Part shown: positions 1 through 8,480 of the stretch, one piece after another
Layout: every line of letters begins with the position of its first letter
Position numbering within the stretch: position 1 is the stretch's first letter
Virus record (IMG/VR): IMGVR_UViG_3300045988_100041
DNA length: 64,000 nt
DNA from: a virus
Direction: 5' to 3' (one strand)
The notes under the pieces: model-generated
The model's database searches: none
The model's input: only the letters and a program-made list of their open reading frames with translations
Told to the model about the DNA's origin: nothing
Made by a program: the position numbers and the translations under genes

Positions 1-243
1 GCGGCAGAAAAACATACGACGGATACGCAAGAAGAGATTGACTTCTGCCTCAACCACTGCCCGTATGCGAACACGGAATGCTGCAACTGCCTGTCCGGAG
101 GAAAACCGGACACCCGGAAGAAGATTGACCTTGACCGGCTCAAAGAGATGCTTACGCTCAAAAGACCGAACGCGGAGATCTGCAAAGAACTGGGCGTTGA
201 CCGGGCGACCGTGTATCGCAACAGGAAGAAACTTGGAATTTAA
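1..243 (+). CDS. 3' fragment of a small Cys-rich protein ending in a helix-turn-helix
   Basis: Frame 1 is open from the window edge to TAA 241-243. Translation has CLNHCPYANTECCNC and ends KRPNAEICKELGVDRATVYRNRKKLGI (HTH-like). The start lies outside the window. Confidence 0.5.
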   Translation, partial: AAEKHTTDTQEEIDFCLNHCPYANTECCNCLSGGKPDTRKKIDLDRLKEMLTLKRPNAEICKELGVDRATVYRNRKKLGI

Positions 244-289
244 GAGAAGAATATATCTTAGCTGCGTATAAAAGAAATAATTTAGGAGA

Positions 290-919
290 ATGAAACGCAT
301 GAAGACGCAGATTGTAAAAATCAAGGGTGACTGGGAAGAAGTCGTATCGGATTGCCGCGCAACGGTCGGAAAGCCGCCGCTCGGGCACGAACCCAGCACG
401 GAGTTCAAGCGGAAGATCCTGATTTCGGAGCACAGTCCGATTCGGGATATTTCGGTCAAGTGGAAGTGGCACAACATCAAAAGCTGGGTTGCGACGCACT
501 GGGTACGGCACAAGTGGGAGTGCTTCGTTAAGACGCAGCGCACAGACCGGACTGGCATTGACCGGGACAAGCTGCCACAGGACGCGCCAGTTGACTTCAC
601 GGGCGACGCAAACGCACAGGCACTGATTGATACCATGCGGAAGCGTTTGTGCCATACAGCCGCGCCAGAGACGCGGGAGTATGCGGAGGACTTTAAACGT
701 GCGCTACGCGCAATCGAACCGGAACTATCAGATGTGCTGGTCCCTAATTGCTGCTACCGTGGATTTTGCCCGGAGATGCAGTCGTGCGGCATGTGGGAGA
801 ACATTGCAAAAAACCTCACGAAAGAGGATCTTCTGAGTTGGGAGAAACGATATGGAGCATACAACGAACGGCTCTGGTACAGAAAGAAGCGGGACGACGG
901 ACAGAATACTTGTCTGTGA
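290..919 (+). CDS. ThyX-like (flavin-dependent thymidylate synthase fold) protein, divergent
   Basis: 209-aa ORF. ISEHSPIRD...SWVATHWVRHKWECFVKTQRTDR resembles the ThyX H-SP-E and RHR-x7-SxRY signatures but with substitutions. NAQALIDTMRKRLCHTAAPETRE resembles the C-terminal ThyX helix. Confidence 0.5.
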   Translation: MKRMKTQIVKIKGDWEEVVSDCRATVGKPPLGHEPSTEFKRKILISEHSPIRDISVKWKWHNIKSWVATHWVRHKWECFVKTQRTDRTGIDRDKLPQDAPVDFTGDANAQALIDTMRKRLCHTAAPETREYAEDFKRALRAIEPELSDVLVPNCCYRGFCPEMQSCGMWENIAKNLTKEDLLSWEKRYGAYNERLWYRKKRDDGQNTCL

Positions 920-1244
920 CAACTGCGGAAGGGAATTTATCCGGAACGGCTCACACGCGCGGAATGCAAACTTCTGCAATCGGGCGTGTTATCGGGCGGC
1001 TATGAGAAGCGGGAAATTTCTGCCGCTGACAAGAGCAAATGAGCCTCTGGGAATCCCGCACAAGAACGTTTTCATCAGAGTTACGCAGATTCTGGACGTG
1101 TATGAGGATTACAGACCGGATGTAGGAAGGATCTATCCGGCGGAGAAGTACGAAAACCAGAAGATTCCGGGATATGTCGTTGTCGTGAACGGACACCGGG
1201 TATGCGTCCGGTACGGAGAGTGTGAAGAGGTGGAGCATGAGTAA
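852..1244 (+). CDS. Small Zn-ribbon protein, paralog of 57996..58346
   Basis: CDNCGREF...FCNRACY, and a C-terminal YPAEKY...GHRVCVR block shared with the 57996 protein (YPAERY...GHRVNIR). The listed start overlaps the upstream gene by 68 nt, so the true start is uncertain. Confidence 0.55.
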   Translation: MEHTTNGSGTERSGTTDRILVCDNCGREFIRNGSHARNANFCNRACYRAAMRSGKFLPLTRANEPLGIPHKNVFIRVTQILDVYEDYRPDVGRIYPAEKYENQKIPGYVVVVNGHRVCVRYGECEEVEHE

Positions 1245-1710
1245 AGCAGTTTTAATTAGCATCCGCCCAAAGTGGTGCGAGAAGATCATAAGCGGAGAGA
1301 AAACGGTCGAGGTGCGCAAGACGCGCCCGAGGCTGAACCTGCCGTTTAAGTGCTACATCTACCAGACGGGGCAGGGCGGGGTTATCGGCGAGTTTGTGTG
1401 CGATGACATCTTTGAGCGAATCGTGCAGGTAGGGACGAGCTGCGAGACGCCGAAGTATTGCCTTTGCGACTGGAACATGGACTGCACACCGCTTGATAGG
1501 ATTCTTTCGGACGCTTGCTTGACGCTGGACGAGCTGGAAAAGTATCTGGACGGCGGCGCAGGCTACGGCTGGCACATCTCCAATCTCAAAATTTACGATA
1601 CGCCGCGCGAACTAAACGAATTTTTCGTCCTGCTGGAGACAAGATTTGGTGCAGAGCCTGTGCCGATCACGCGCCCGCCGCAGAGTTGGCGCTATGTGGA
1701 GGAAATGTAA
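1237..1710 (+). CDS. ASCH (PUA-like) domain protein
   Basis: MSKAVLISIRPKWCEKIISGEKTVEVRK is a typical ASCH N-terminus. ATG 1237 follows GAGGTGGAG and overlaps the upstream stop. Confidence 0.7.
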   Translation: MSKAVLISIRPKWCEKIISGEKTVEVRKTRPRLNLPFKCYIYQTGQGGVIGEFVCDDIFERIVQVGTSCETPKYCLCDWNMDCTPLDRILSDACLTLDELEKYLDGGAGYGWHISNLKIYDTPRELNEFFVLLETRFGAEPVPITRPPQSWRYVEEM

Positions 1711-1994
1711 TGGACTACATTGAGAAAATCGTATGGCATGAGGTGACGACCAGACCACCTACGGAGGAAGAAAACGAGGAATATAAGCGCATATGGGACG
1801 ATGACCTATGTTTTGTGTTTGACTGCACCATGCCGGAAGATGGGCAGGAAATCCTTGTTAAAACCAAATATGGAGTAGACACGGACGTTTGTTGCATTGA
1901 TGGAGGAACATATCTCGAAGATCGCGGCGATTGGGAAGATGTGCTTGCTTGGGCAGAAATGCCGAAGGGAAAAGGAGATGAAGCGGATGGCTGA
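1710..1994 (+). CDS. DUF551-like phage protein
   Basis: TAATG start/stop overlap at 1708-1712. The C-terminus DGQEILVKTKYGVDTDVCC...RGDWEDVLAWAEMP is paralogous to 61283..61774. Confidence 0.6.
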   Translation: MDYIEKIVWHEVTTRPPTEEENEEYKRIWDDDLCFVFDCTMPEDGQEILVKTKYGVDTDVCCIDGGTYLEDRGDWEDVLAWAEMPKGKGDEADG

Positions 1995-2226
1995 AATTGC
2001 TGCGTCGATCGGGTACTGGTTCATGCTTATTGGAGGGTGGCTGATTGCTGCTGCGTTGCTTGGATTCCTTGGATGGACGGTGTGCAAAGCGTGGAGAGCA
2101 TTCAGTAATATGTTCCGCAACGTCTGCCGTGTGGAAAGCCTGATCTATGAGTATAAGTTCCACAAGCAGGAGTTTTTGGAATGGAAAGCGGAAAGAGAAA
2201 GGGGCGAAAACGATGGACGCTGTTGA
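1987..2226 (+). CDS. Small membrane protein
   Basis: One strong hydrophobic helix (IGYWFMLIGGWLIAAALLGFLGW). AAGGAG lies 11 nt upstream of ATG 1987; ATG 1978 is an alternative start. Confidence 0.5.
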   Translation: MAEIAASIGYWFMLIGGWLIAAALLGFLGWTVCKAWRAFSNMFRNVCRVESLIYEYKFHKQEFLEWKAERERGENDGRC

Positions 2227-2599
2227 ATTTTTGAAAGAAGCGAAAAGATATTGCAAGTGGTGCAAAAACACCACGCAAGATGGCAAGAAACGATTGTGCG
2301 AGGTTTGCTATTTCGAGAAGCTGAATGACCTATTCAACCTTCCCCCAATGGCATATCGTAAATTCGTTGAGACAGTCGAAGAATGGTCAAAAGAGAATCC
2401 TGTAAAGACAAGACAGAGTGAATTTTTGAAGATGTTTCCAAACGCAAGAATCGAGAGTGATGGGATGCCTTCCATTTGTCCAATTGTCGTAGATAAACGA
2501 TGCCACAATAAAGACGCCGATGCTCTCTTCTGCCTTGAGAGAGACGAGGAAGAATGCAGAAAATGTCGCCTTGACTATTGGTTGCAGGAGGTGGAATGA
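2213..2599 (+). CDS. Cys-rich hypothetical protein
   Basis: 128-aa ORF with CKWC...CEVC and C...CRKC pairs. The internal ATG 2213 was chosen because the upstream part overlaps the previous gene. Confidence 0.55.
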   Translation: MDAVEFLKEAKRYCKWCKNTTQDGKKRLCEVCYFEKLNDLFNLPPMAYRKFVETVEEWSKENPVKTRQSEFLKMFPNARIESDGMPSICPIVVDKRCHNKDADALFCLERDEEECRKCRLDYWLQEVE

Positions 2600-2778
2600 T
2601 GGGTGAAATCACATATATGGACTGCTGGCATTATATTGCGCCCTTGATTCCCGTGAAAGCAGACACATTTTCGATAGATGTTTATGTGATGGTGTATCAG
2701 GCGCTCAAAGAGGCGGAAGAACGCCGTGTGGGAACGCCTGATAAGAGGCAAAAAGATGCCGGCATTTCGGAGGGATAG
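2596..2778 (+). CDS. Hypothetical small protein
   Basis: ATGA-type overlap with the upstream stop, preceded by GGAGGTGGA. Confidence 0.45.
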   Translation: MMGEITYMDCWHYIAPLIPVKADTFSIDVYVMVYQALKEAEERRVGTPDKRQKDAGISEG

Positions 2779-2780
2779 AC

Positions 2781-2978
2781 GTGACGGGACTGGTTCGCTG
2801 CCCGAAGGGGCATATTGTCGGAGAATGCCGGGATGGGGCGTTTGTTGTGCAGATGAGAAGGCGGCGCGTTGTTTATCGGGCGGAAAAAGCGGAAATTGAG
2901 ATCGTATGCGAGCAGTGCGGGGATAAAATACGGCTTTCTATGCGGAACGGAGTGATTGAGGTGACAGCAGATGACTAA
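2781..2978 (+). CDS. Small Zn-ribbon-like protein
   Basis: GTG start after GGAGGG. CPKGH...CEQCG spacing. Confidence 0.45.
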   Translation: MTGLVRCPKGHIVGECRDGAFVVQMRRRRVVYRAEKAEIEIVCEQCGDKIRLSMRNGVIEVTADD

Positions 2979-3288
2979 AATATATGCAGGTGAACGGCAA
3001 AGCGGGAAAACAAACATGCTCATCGAAAAATCCGCAGAAACAGGAGCAATCATTGTGGCACCGACGCTCAAAATGGCGAGGTACATTCAAGATATTGCTA
3101 AGAAAATGGAAAAGAAGATCCCAAACCCCATCTCAACACTATGCTTTATCCGCATTCTTTCGGACGAGAATATGGGAAAACACAAGAAGTTTCTCATCGA
3201 TGAGGTTCAAATGGTTCTTGACCAAATGAATGTTGAGATCGCTACGGCTGATAACGATTGCGTTAAGCAGGTGACACGCTATGGCTGA
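2971..3288 (+). CDS. Small P-loop NTPase-like protein
   Basis: Walker A GERQSGKT and Walker-B-like FLIDEV in a 105-aa ORF. Confidence 0.6.
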   Translation: MTKIYAGERQSGKTNMLIEKSAETGAIIVAPTLKMARYIQDIAKKMEKKIPNPISTLCFIRILSDENMGKHKKFLIDEVQMVLDQMNVEIATADNDCVKQVTRYG

Positions 3289-3592
3289 CTATGTAAACAT
3301 GATCGATTTTCTCAATTTTCTGACAGATAGAAGAGAATCAGCCGATGACGCCATGATGGGAATATACAGGAAAATGGTGCTTCTGGAACTGTCTCGTGAC
3401 CTCATTCAGATGAAACCACACCACTTTGTACCGATGGATACAATTCCTTTTGTCGGAGAATGTAATGGATGCAAGTGGAAATTGGTGCGGCCGCAGAAAT
3501 GCTCTTGTTGCAGGCGAAACCGCAATTTGAAGGACTGCTACGAGATGGAAGAGACGGAGGACGACGAAGATGACATGGACGAATACTGCTAG
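3281..3592 (+). CDS. Hypothetical protein with Cys cluster and acidic tail
   Basis: 103-aa ORF. CNGCKW...CSCC, then a C-terminal EETEDDEDDMDE run. Overlaps the upstream stop. Confidence 0.5.
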   Translation: MADYVNMIDFLNFLTDRRESADDAMMGIYRKMVLLELSRDLIQMKPHHFVPMDTIPFVGECNGCKWKLVRPQKCSCCRRNRNLKDCYEMEETEDDEDDMDEYC

Positions 3593-3603
3593 GTGGTAAG
3601 AAC

Positions 3604-3807
3604 ATGAAAATGGAATGGCCAGAAAATGAGGAGTTCAGACCGAACGATATGATTCCTGTTACACACAATGGCAAGGTGATCGGACTTTTGAAGGCAATCC
3701 ATGAGTACGGCGTGGAAGTCGTAGTATGGAGAGGAAACGCCGGACTTGAGTTTATCGATGGAAAAGTTGTTGCCTGCGAGATTCTGGACGAACCGCATGG
3801 TTACTGA
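3604..3807 (+). CDS. Hypothetical small protein
   Basis: 67-aa ORF in a compact same-strand array. Confidence 0.45.
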   Translation: MKMEWPENEEFRPNDMIPVTHNGKVIGLLKAIHEYGVEVVVWRGNAGLEFIDGKVVACEILDEPHGY

Positions 3808-3820
3808 GGAAGGTGTGAGC

Positions 3821-4294
3821 ATGACAGTTAGCGAATACAGAAAGTGGCTTTCCGAGCAACAGAAGAAAAGCGACTCGGACGCGCTGGAACATGGAGACTA
3901 TAAACGGAACATCGGAAGAAGGGACGCATTTCGTGAAGCGCTGAAAAAACTGCCAGATTCCTTTGACCCTGAGAAAGAACCGGAAAAAGAGGGGTTCGAC
4001 TGGACAAAGGTTACGATGAACACAATCGTAAAACACAAGAAATACGGGTATGGAATTGTTGAATTTGTAAATGTGGTTGATGTCGGAATAGCCGGAGAAT
4101 ACCACTTTTTAGAAATGAAGAACAATGACATAACCAGGTACAAGCCGGCACTCATATGGAGAACAGAGGCTGGGGAACGCAAAGGCGTGCTTCTGACCGC
4201 AGACACACTCAAAGATTTTGAAAAAATCGGGAAATGGGGGCCAGATGATTTCCCGAAAGATGCAGAAAGATCATTTTGGAGGCGAGAAATATGA
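3821..4294 (+). CDS. Hypothetical protein, N-terminal paralog of the next gene
   Basis: MTVSEYRKWLSEQ...LKKLPDSFD parallels MTVKEYKEWLTDR...FDKCPDSFE of 4291..5067. Confidence 0.6.
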   Translation: MTVSEYRKWLSEQQKKSDSDALEHGDYKRNIGRRDAFREALKKLPDSFDPEKEPEKEGFDWTKVTMNTIVKHKKYGYGIVEFVNVVDVGIAGEYHFLEMKNNDITRYKPALIWRTEAGERKGVLLTADTLKDFEKIGKWGPDDFPKDAERSFWRREI

Positions 4295-5067
4295 CCGTTA
4301 AAGAGTACAAGGAATGGTTGACTGACAGAAAAGAACATTGCCTTGCGAGACTCAGCCGCTATGAAAATGGCAAAGACCGCAATATGGGGAAAGCGGTTGC
4401 ATTTGAGGAATGCTTTGATAAGTGCCCGGATTCCTTTGAAGATGACGCAAGATCACAAGCCGATAGTAGTTCCATTGCGGCGGAGACTGCTTACACAATG
4501 GAAAAAATCAAAGAATTGCGCGAGGATATGGCTTCCAAAATCCAGTCTAACACAGACAAAATGGAAAATCTCAAGAAGCAGCTCAAGGAATCGAAGGAAC
4601 GAGCTGACAACGGCTGGGAGCGGGTTCATTATCTGGAACGAAAACTTAGGAATACAGAGGCGTTGAACGATCAACTGCTACTGGAACTTGCACGCAGACA
4701 GAATGCGGATGAATCTGGAAAAGTGAAGTATATTACAGTCGGAAAGCCGGAAATCTATATCGGCGGTGAAAAGGCTGGAAATTGTACCGTGACATTGCTT
4801 GACCTGAAACAAACAATTCCGCTGATGCAAAGCGAGGACTATAAGGAGCGGTTCATTGCGGAGTGGGCGCAGACGAAAATTCGGCTCAGTAAGCTGAACC
4901 GGATGCTCTTACGGTACTATGATGGGACACTTGATTTCGCGCCGACGTGTCCGACGCTTTTGCTTGAGAAGCAGTCTCTTGCAATGCAACAGTATCTCGA
5001 TATGCTGGAAATCCGTGCAGCGATTGAGAATGTTGAACTTCCGACTGGTAAGCTGATGGACTGCTGA
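4291..5067 (+). CDS. Coiled-coil hypothetical protein
   Basis: ATGA overlap with the upstream stop; GGAGG RBS. The central region is heptad-like (KIKELREDMASKIQSNTDKMENLKKQLKESKE). Confidence 0.6.
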   Translation: MTVKEYKEWLTDRKEHCLARLSRYENGKDRNMGKAVAFEECFDKCPDSFEDDARSQADSSSIAAETAYTMEKIKELREDMASKIQSNTDKMENLKKQLKESKERADNGWERVHYLERKLRNTEALNDQLLLELARRQNADESGKVKYITVGKPEIYIGGEKAGNCTVTLLDLKQTIPLMQSEDYKERFIAEWAQTKIRLSKLNRMLLRYYDGTLDFAPTCPTLLLEKQSLAMQQYLDMLEIRAAIENVELPTGKLMDC

Positions 5068-5137
5068 TAAACTCAGCACTGGAAGGAAAGAACCTGACCG
5101 GTTTAGCTGGCATCAAAGCATAAAAATACAATTTCTA

Positions 5138-5166
5138 TTGCAATTTCATAAAAAGTGTGGTATAAT
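5138..5166 (+). promoter_or_regulatory. Near-consensus sigma-A type promoter of the late operon
   Basis: TTGCAA (5138-5143), 17 nt containing TGG, then TATAAT (5161-5166). First strong promoter upstream of the terminase genes. Confidence 0.55.
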
Positions 5167-5193
5167 CCAGTAAAAGAAAAAGTATGACCACAC

Positions 5194-5242
5194 GCCGTTT
5201 CGGTGTTTTCCCGTATGGGAGGACTACCGGAACGGCTTTTTT
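5194..5242 (+). terminator. Leader terminator between the late promoter and the first late gene
   Basis: GCCGTTTCGG (5194-5203) pairs with CCGGAACGGC (5227-5236) and is followed by TTTTTT (5237-5242). It sits ~20 nt upstream of the RBS of 5261. Confidence 0.5.
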
Positions 5243-5260
5243 GTTTGTCAGGAGGTACAA

Positions 5261-6235
5261 ATGGCGCAGGATAACAACGAGTTTGAACAGCAGGAGTATT
5301 ATAACGAGCTTGCGAAAAAAACGTCGGAAAGTCTTGCGTATTTTTATTGCTGCGTCAAGTATGACGTTCCGTTCGCAAGAGACTGCGTACCGCGCGACGA
5401 AAGCAGGGACCGATGGCTTTCGTATATTGACAATCTGCATCTGAAAAAGCGGGATGTCAACAAGGCAGGACAGCCGCTTGGCTTCCTCGACGGGCTGACG
5501 GACATCACAAAGATATTTGGAGAAGGACTGAAAGACGGGGAGTTTACAAAGGCGGTATACGCAGAAAAGAACGCGCAGAGCGCAAAAGCCGGAACGGTGC
5601 GGCAGCGCAAGGACTGGGGACTGGGAAGCGAAAGCAACCCGTATACGAACGAGGATTACGCAGAGTTTGACCGGATTTACACGATTCTCGTAACTGACCT
5701 CGGCGGCGAGGACGCAGTGAGCGCGAAGCAGGAGCTGATTCTGCGGAACGTTGCAAGGTGGACAAAGCAGATGAATGATGCTTCCGCAGCCGGGAAATTC
5801 GACGCGGCAAAGAAGCTTTCGACTTTAATTCAGGAGAACCTTGCAAGCGACAATCTTCGAAAAAAGGACATCCGGCCGGCAGATATTATCCGAATCGACG
5901 AGATTACGGATAAGCTGGAAAAAGCGGGGCTTTTGAAAAACGGAAAGCAGTGCAGCCCGGATGAAATGTTTGCGTTTTTCTTCGGCAGACCGCCGAAGTA
6001 TCCGTATACGGCAGACGCGGTTGACCAGATGATCTTGATTAACGAAAACCGGATGCGGCAAAATGATGGAATGCCGGAGCTTTCCATGCTGCCGGATGAA
6101 ATGCGGATTCACGACGATCTGGGAGAGTTTGCAGAAGAACCGAACAAGGAAGAGCAGGAAGCCTATGATAAGCTTGGGCTGATCCGGATGCCGCCGGTCA
6201 AAGAGGGCGGAAAGAAAAAGAACGGAGATCAATAA
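5261..6235 (+). CDS. Putative terminase small subunit (by position)
   Basis: 324-aa ORF immediately upstream of the large terminase; strong AGGAGG RBS. No recognisable motif, so the call rests on position only. Confidence 0.45.
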   Translation: MAQDNNEFEQQEYYNELAKKTSESLAYFYCCVKYDVPFARDCVPRDESRDRWLSYIDNLHLKKRDVNKAGQPLGFLDGLTDITKIFGEGLKDGEFTKAVYAEKNAQSAKAGTVRQRKDWGLGSESNPYTNEDYAEFDRIYTILVTDLGGEDAVSAKQELILRNVARWTKQMNDASAAGKFDAAKKLSTLIQENLASDNLRKKDIRPADIIRIDEITDKLEKAGLLKNGKQCSPDEMFAFFFGRPPKYPYTADAVDQMILINENRMRQNDGMPELSMLPDEMRIHDDLGEFAEEPNKEEQEAYDKLGLIRMPPVKEGGKKKNGDQ

Positions 6236-6237
6236 TT

Positions 6238-8088
6238 ATGGCACGACGGGCAGGAAAAGTATGGTCGCCCGGCGTCGGCTGGGTTTCCAAACGGGAAGTT
6301 GAACAGAGAGACTATTCTTCGTTTGAATCAGAATGGTGGGCGTTTCTGGTCTGGGTGATTCGGTGGTATCCGGATAAAGGATGTGACCTTTTCCGGGACG
6401 AATACGCAGATTACGCAAACGAAGAAATCATGCAGCGGCTTATGATGCGGGCGTATGCGCGGTACGCGGACGTCGCATTTACAGGAACGCGAGGCATCAC
6501 AAAGACAAACACGAAATTCAAATATGAGCTGCTGGATGGTTTGGTATGGCCGGGAACGCAGAGCGCGTATTACGGACCGTCGTACAAGCAAATGGCAGCG
6601 ATTGGAAGCAAACAGTTCAAGCAAATCGCACATGACTATCCATCCCTTACAAAAGGATGGCGGATCACGGCAGAGAGTAAGGACGATTTTAAGATCGAGA
6701 CGGATTTAGGGAGTGCATTTTACATCTCCGCATTTCGTGGTGATAACATCCACTGCGTAACGGCGGAAGAATTTGCGCAGGAAGAAAACCCACCGTTTGA
6801 TTTTACGGAATACTCCACGATTGTTTTGCCGGCAGTTCGTTTGCGGCACAACGTAAACGGAAAACCGGATGAAAACTTCGTATCCTACAAAAACCATTCT
6901 ATCACAAGCGCAGGAAGAAAGCAGCACCCGTCGTTCCAGGTACGCTGTGAAACAATGAAAGAAATGCAGCGCGGCGAAAGCGCGTTCGCATACGACATGA
7001 GCTGGGAATGCGTTGTTTTACAGCAAATGCGTCCTTATTCGTGGGCACAGAAGCTGCGGACGAAGCTGACACCGGAGCGATGGATGCGGGAAATGGAATC
7101 GCGCTATACCGGCGCGGACGAATATCCGATCATCTCGGACGAAACGCTTTCGGAGAGCTGCTGCTTGCAGACGATGGAGCGGCAGCACATCTGCAAATAT
7201 CCGGGATACAAGACAGACCCGAAGGACGTTATTTACGTTGTCTGCTACGACGTATCATATGAGGACGCGAAGAAGAACGCAAAGTGCGCGTGCGGCGTGT
7301 GGAAGCTCACGAAGCAGACGGACTTTCTAAAGCGCGACAGGTACTTAAAACAGCTCGTGTGGCTCGATGACTGGCCGCCACCGGACAACGCCATGAAGCA
7401 GGCAAGGCGGCTGAAAGACGTATGGTATCGGTTCTGCTTTGACGGCGGAAATACGACGTATATCGCAATCGACGGATGGCAGTACGGCAAGGCGGTTATT
7501 GAGGACTTGATGAAGGATCTCGGAGATGGACTTCCGCCGCTTTGCGTGTTAGACCACGCGGAATATACGGCGCTGGAACTCGACGGGGCGCTTCCGGTCA
7601 TTTACCCCATCAAGGCGGGCGGCACGGGCGTTACTGACCCGGACGCGGAGATGATCCGGTACGCGCAGATCCAGTTTGACAACCATAATGTGCAGCTTCT
7701 GACGATGAACACCAGAGAGGGCGTTGAAAGTTACAAACGCATGCACAGAATCAAAGACGATGACATGGACTATCAGATCGCGAGACCGTATCAGAAAACG
7801 CGGGAGCTTTCCGGACAGATTCAGAACCTGAAAGCGGTTCCATCCGGCTCGGGCGTCAGCGAGAAACGGATTTCGAAGTCGATACAGCGAGATAGCTGGT
7901 CGGCAATCAAATACGGCTTGCGGCTGGCGCAGAGGCTCGAACGGGCGCTTGCTATCAGCGCGGCGAGAAAGAAAAGCGACTGGGACGAAGAACTCGAAAA
8001 GTTCAGAGGGCAAAGCGCAACGGCGACCGCCGCACCGCACGGAACAGGCCGGATGGTCACGACACGTCGGGGAGGACGATTGTACTGA
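6238..8088 (+). CDS. terL: Terminase large subunit
   Basis: 616 aa, with a deviant Walker-A-like FTGTRGITKT near the N-terminus. Size and position directly upstream of the portal are typical. Confidence 0.75.
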   Translation: MARRAGKVWSPGVGWVSKREVEQRDYSSFESEWWAFLVWVIRWYPDKGCDLFRDEYADYANEEIMQRLMMRAYARYADVAFTGTRGITKTNTKFKYELLDGLVWPGTQSAYYGPSYKQMAAIGSKQFKQIAHDYPSLTKGWRITAESKDDFKIETDLGSAFYISAFRGDNIHCVTAEEFAQEENPPFDFTEYSTIVLPAVRLRHNVNGKPDENFVSYKNHSITSAGRKQHPSFQVRCETMKEMQRGESAFAYDMSWECVVLQQMRPYSWAQKLRTKLTPERWMREMESRYTGADEYPIISDETLSESCCLQTMERQHICKYPGYKTDPKDVIYVVCYDVSYEDAKKNAKCACGVWKLTKQTDFLKRDRYLKQLVWLDDWPPPDNAMKQARRLKDVWYRFCFDGGNTTYIAIDGWQYGKAVIEDLMKDLGDGLPPLCVLDHAEYTALELDGALPVIYPIKAGGTGVTDPDAEMIRYAQIQFDNHNVQLLTMNTREGVESYKRMHRIKDDDMDYQIARPYQKTRELSGQIQNLKAVPSGSGVSEKRISKSIQRDSWSAIKYGLRLAQRLERALAISAARKKSDWDEELEKFRGQSATATAAPHGTGRMVTTRRGGRLY

Positions 8089-8480
8089 TGGGAGATTCAG
8101 AGAAGAGAGCTTACAGGCTGTATGCGCTTGCGGTGTCGAAGCAAGCCGTGGACGAGGCGATGAAGCAGCGGTTCAGCCGGATTTTACCGGAATATATTCT
8201 GATTTATACGCAGGAAGATGCGCGGAACGGCTGGGTAGAGGTTGGAGAAGAAAACCTTTACCGGCTGACAAAAGAGGACTCGGATTGGGTCATGCAGTGC
8301 GCGGCTGCGCTTTTCTTGGAGCGGCTGAAACAGTCTGGCTTCGAGGTATCAAAGCGGCTTGGAGAAATGGTTGATAAGCTTTCTGCCGCGTTGGACGAAG
8401 AGCGCAAAAAACTATCCAGCAACAAGGAGGAAAAGGCACATGGCGATACCGAAAGAGGAACTGAACAAGGTCCAGTATGA
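8088..8480 (+). CDS. Hypothetical protein
   Basis: 130-aa ORF with ATGA-type coupling to terL. Its 3' end overlaps the portal start. Confidence 0.45.
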   Translation: MGDSEKRAYRLYALAVSKQAVDEAMKQRFSRILPEYILIYTQEDARNGWVEVGEENLYRLTKEDSDWVMQCAAALFLERLKQSGFEVSKRLGEMVDKLSAALDEERKKLSSNKEEKAHGDTERGTEQGPV

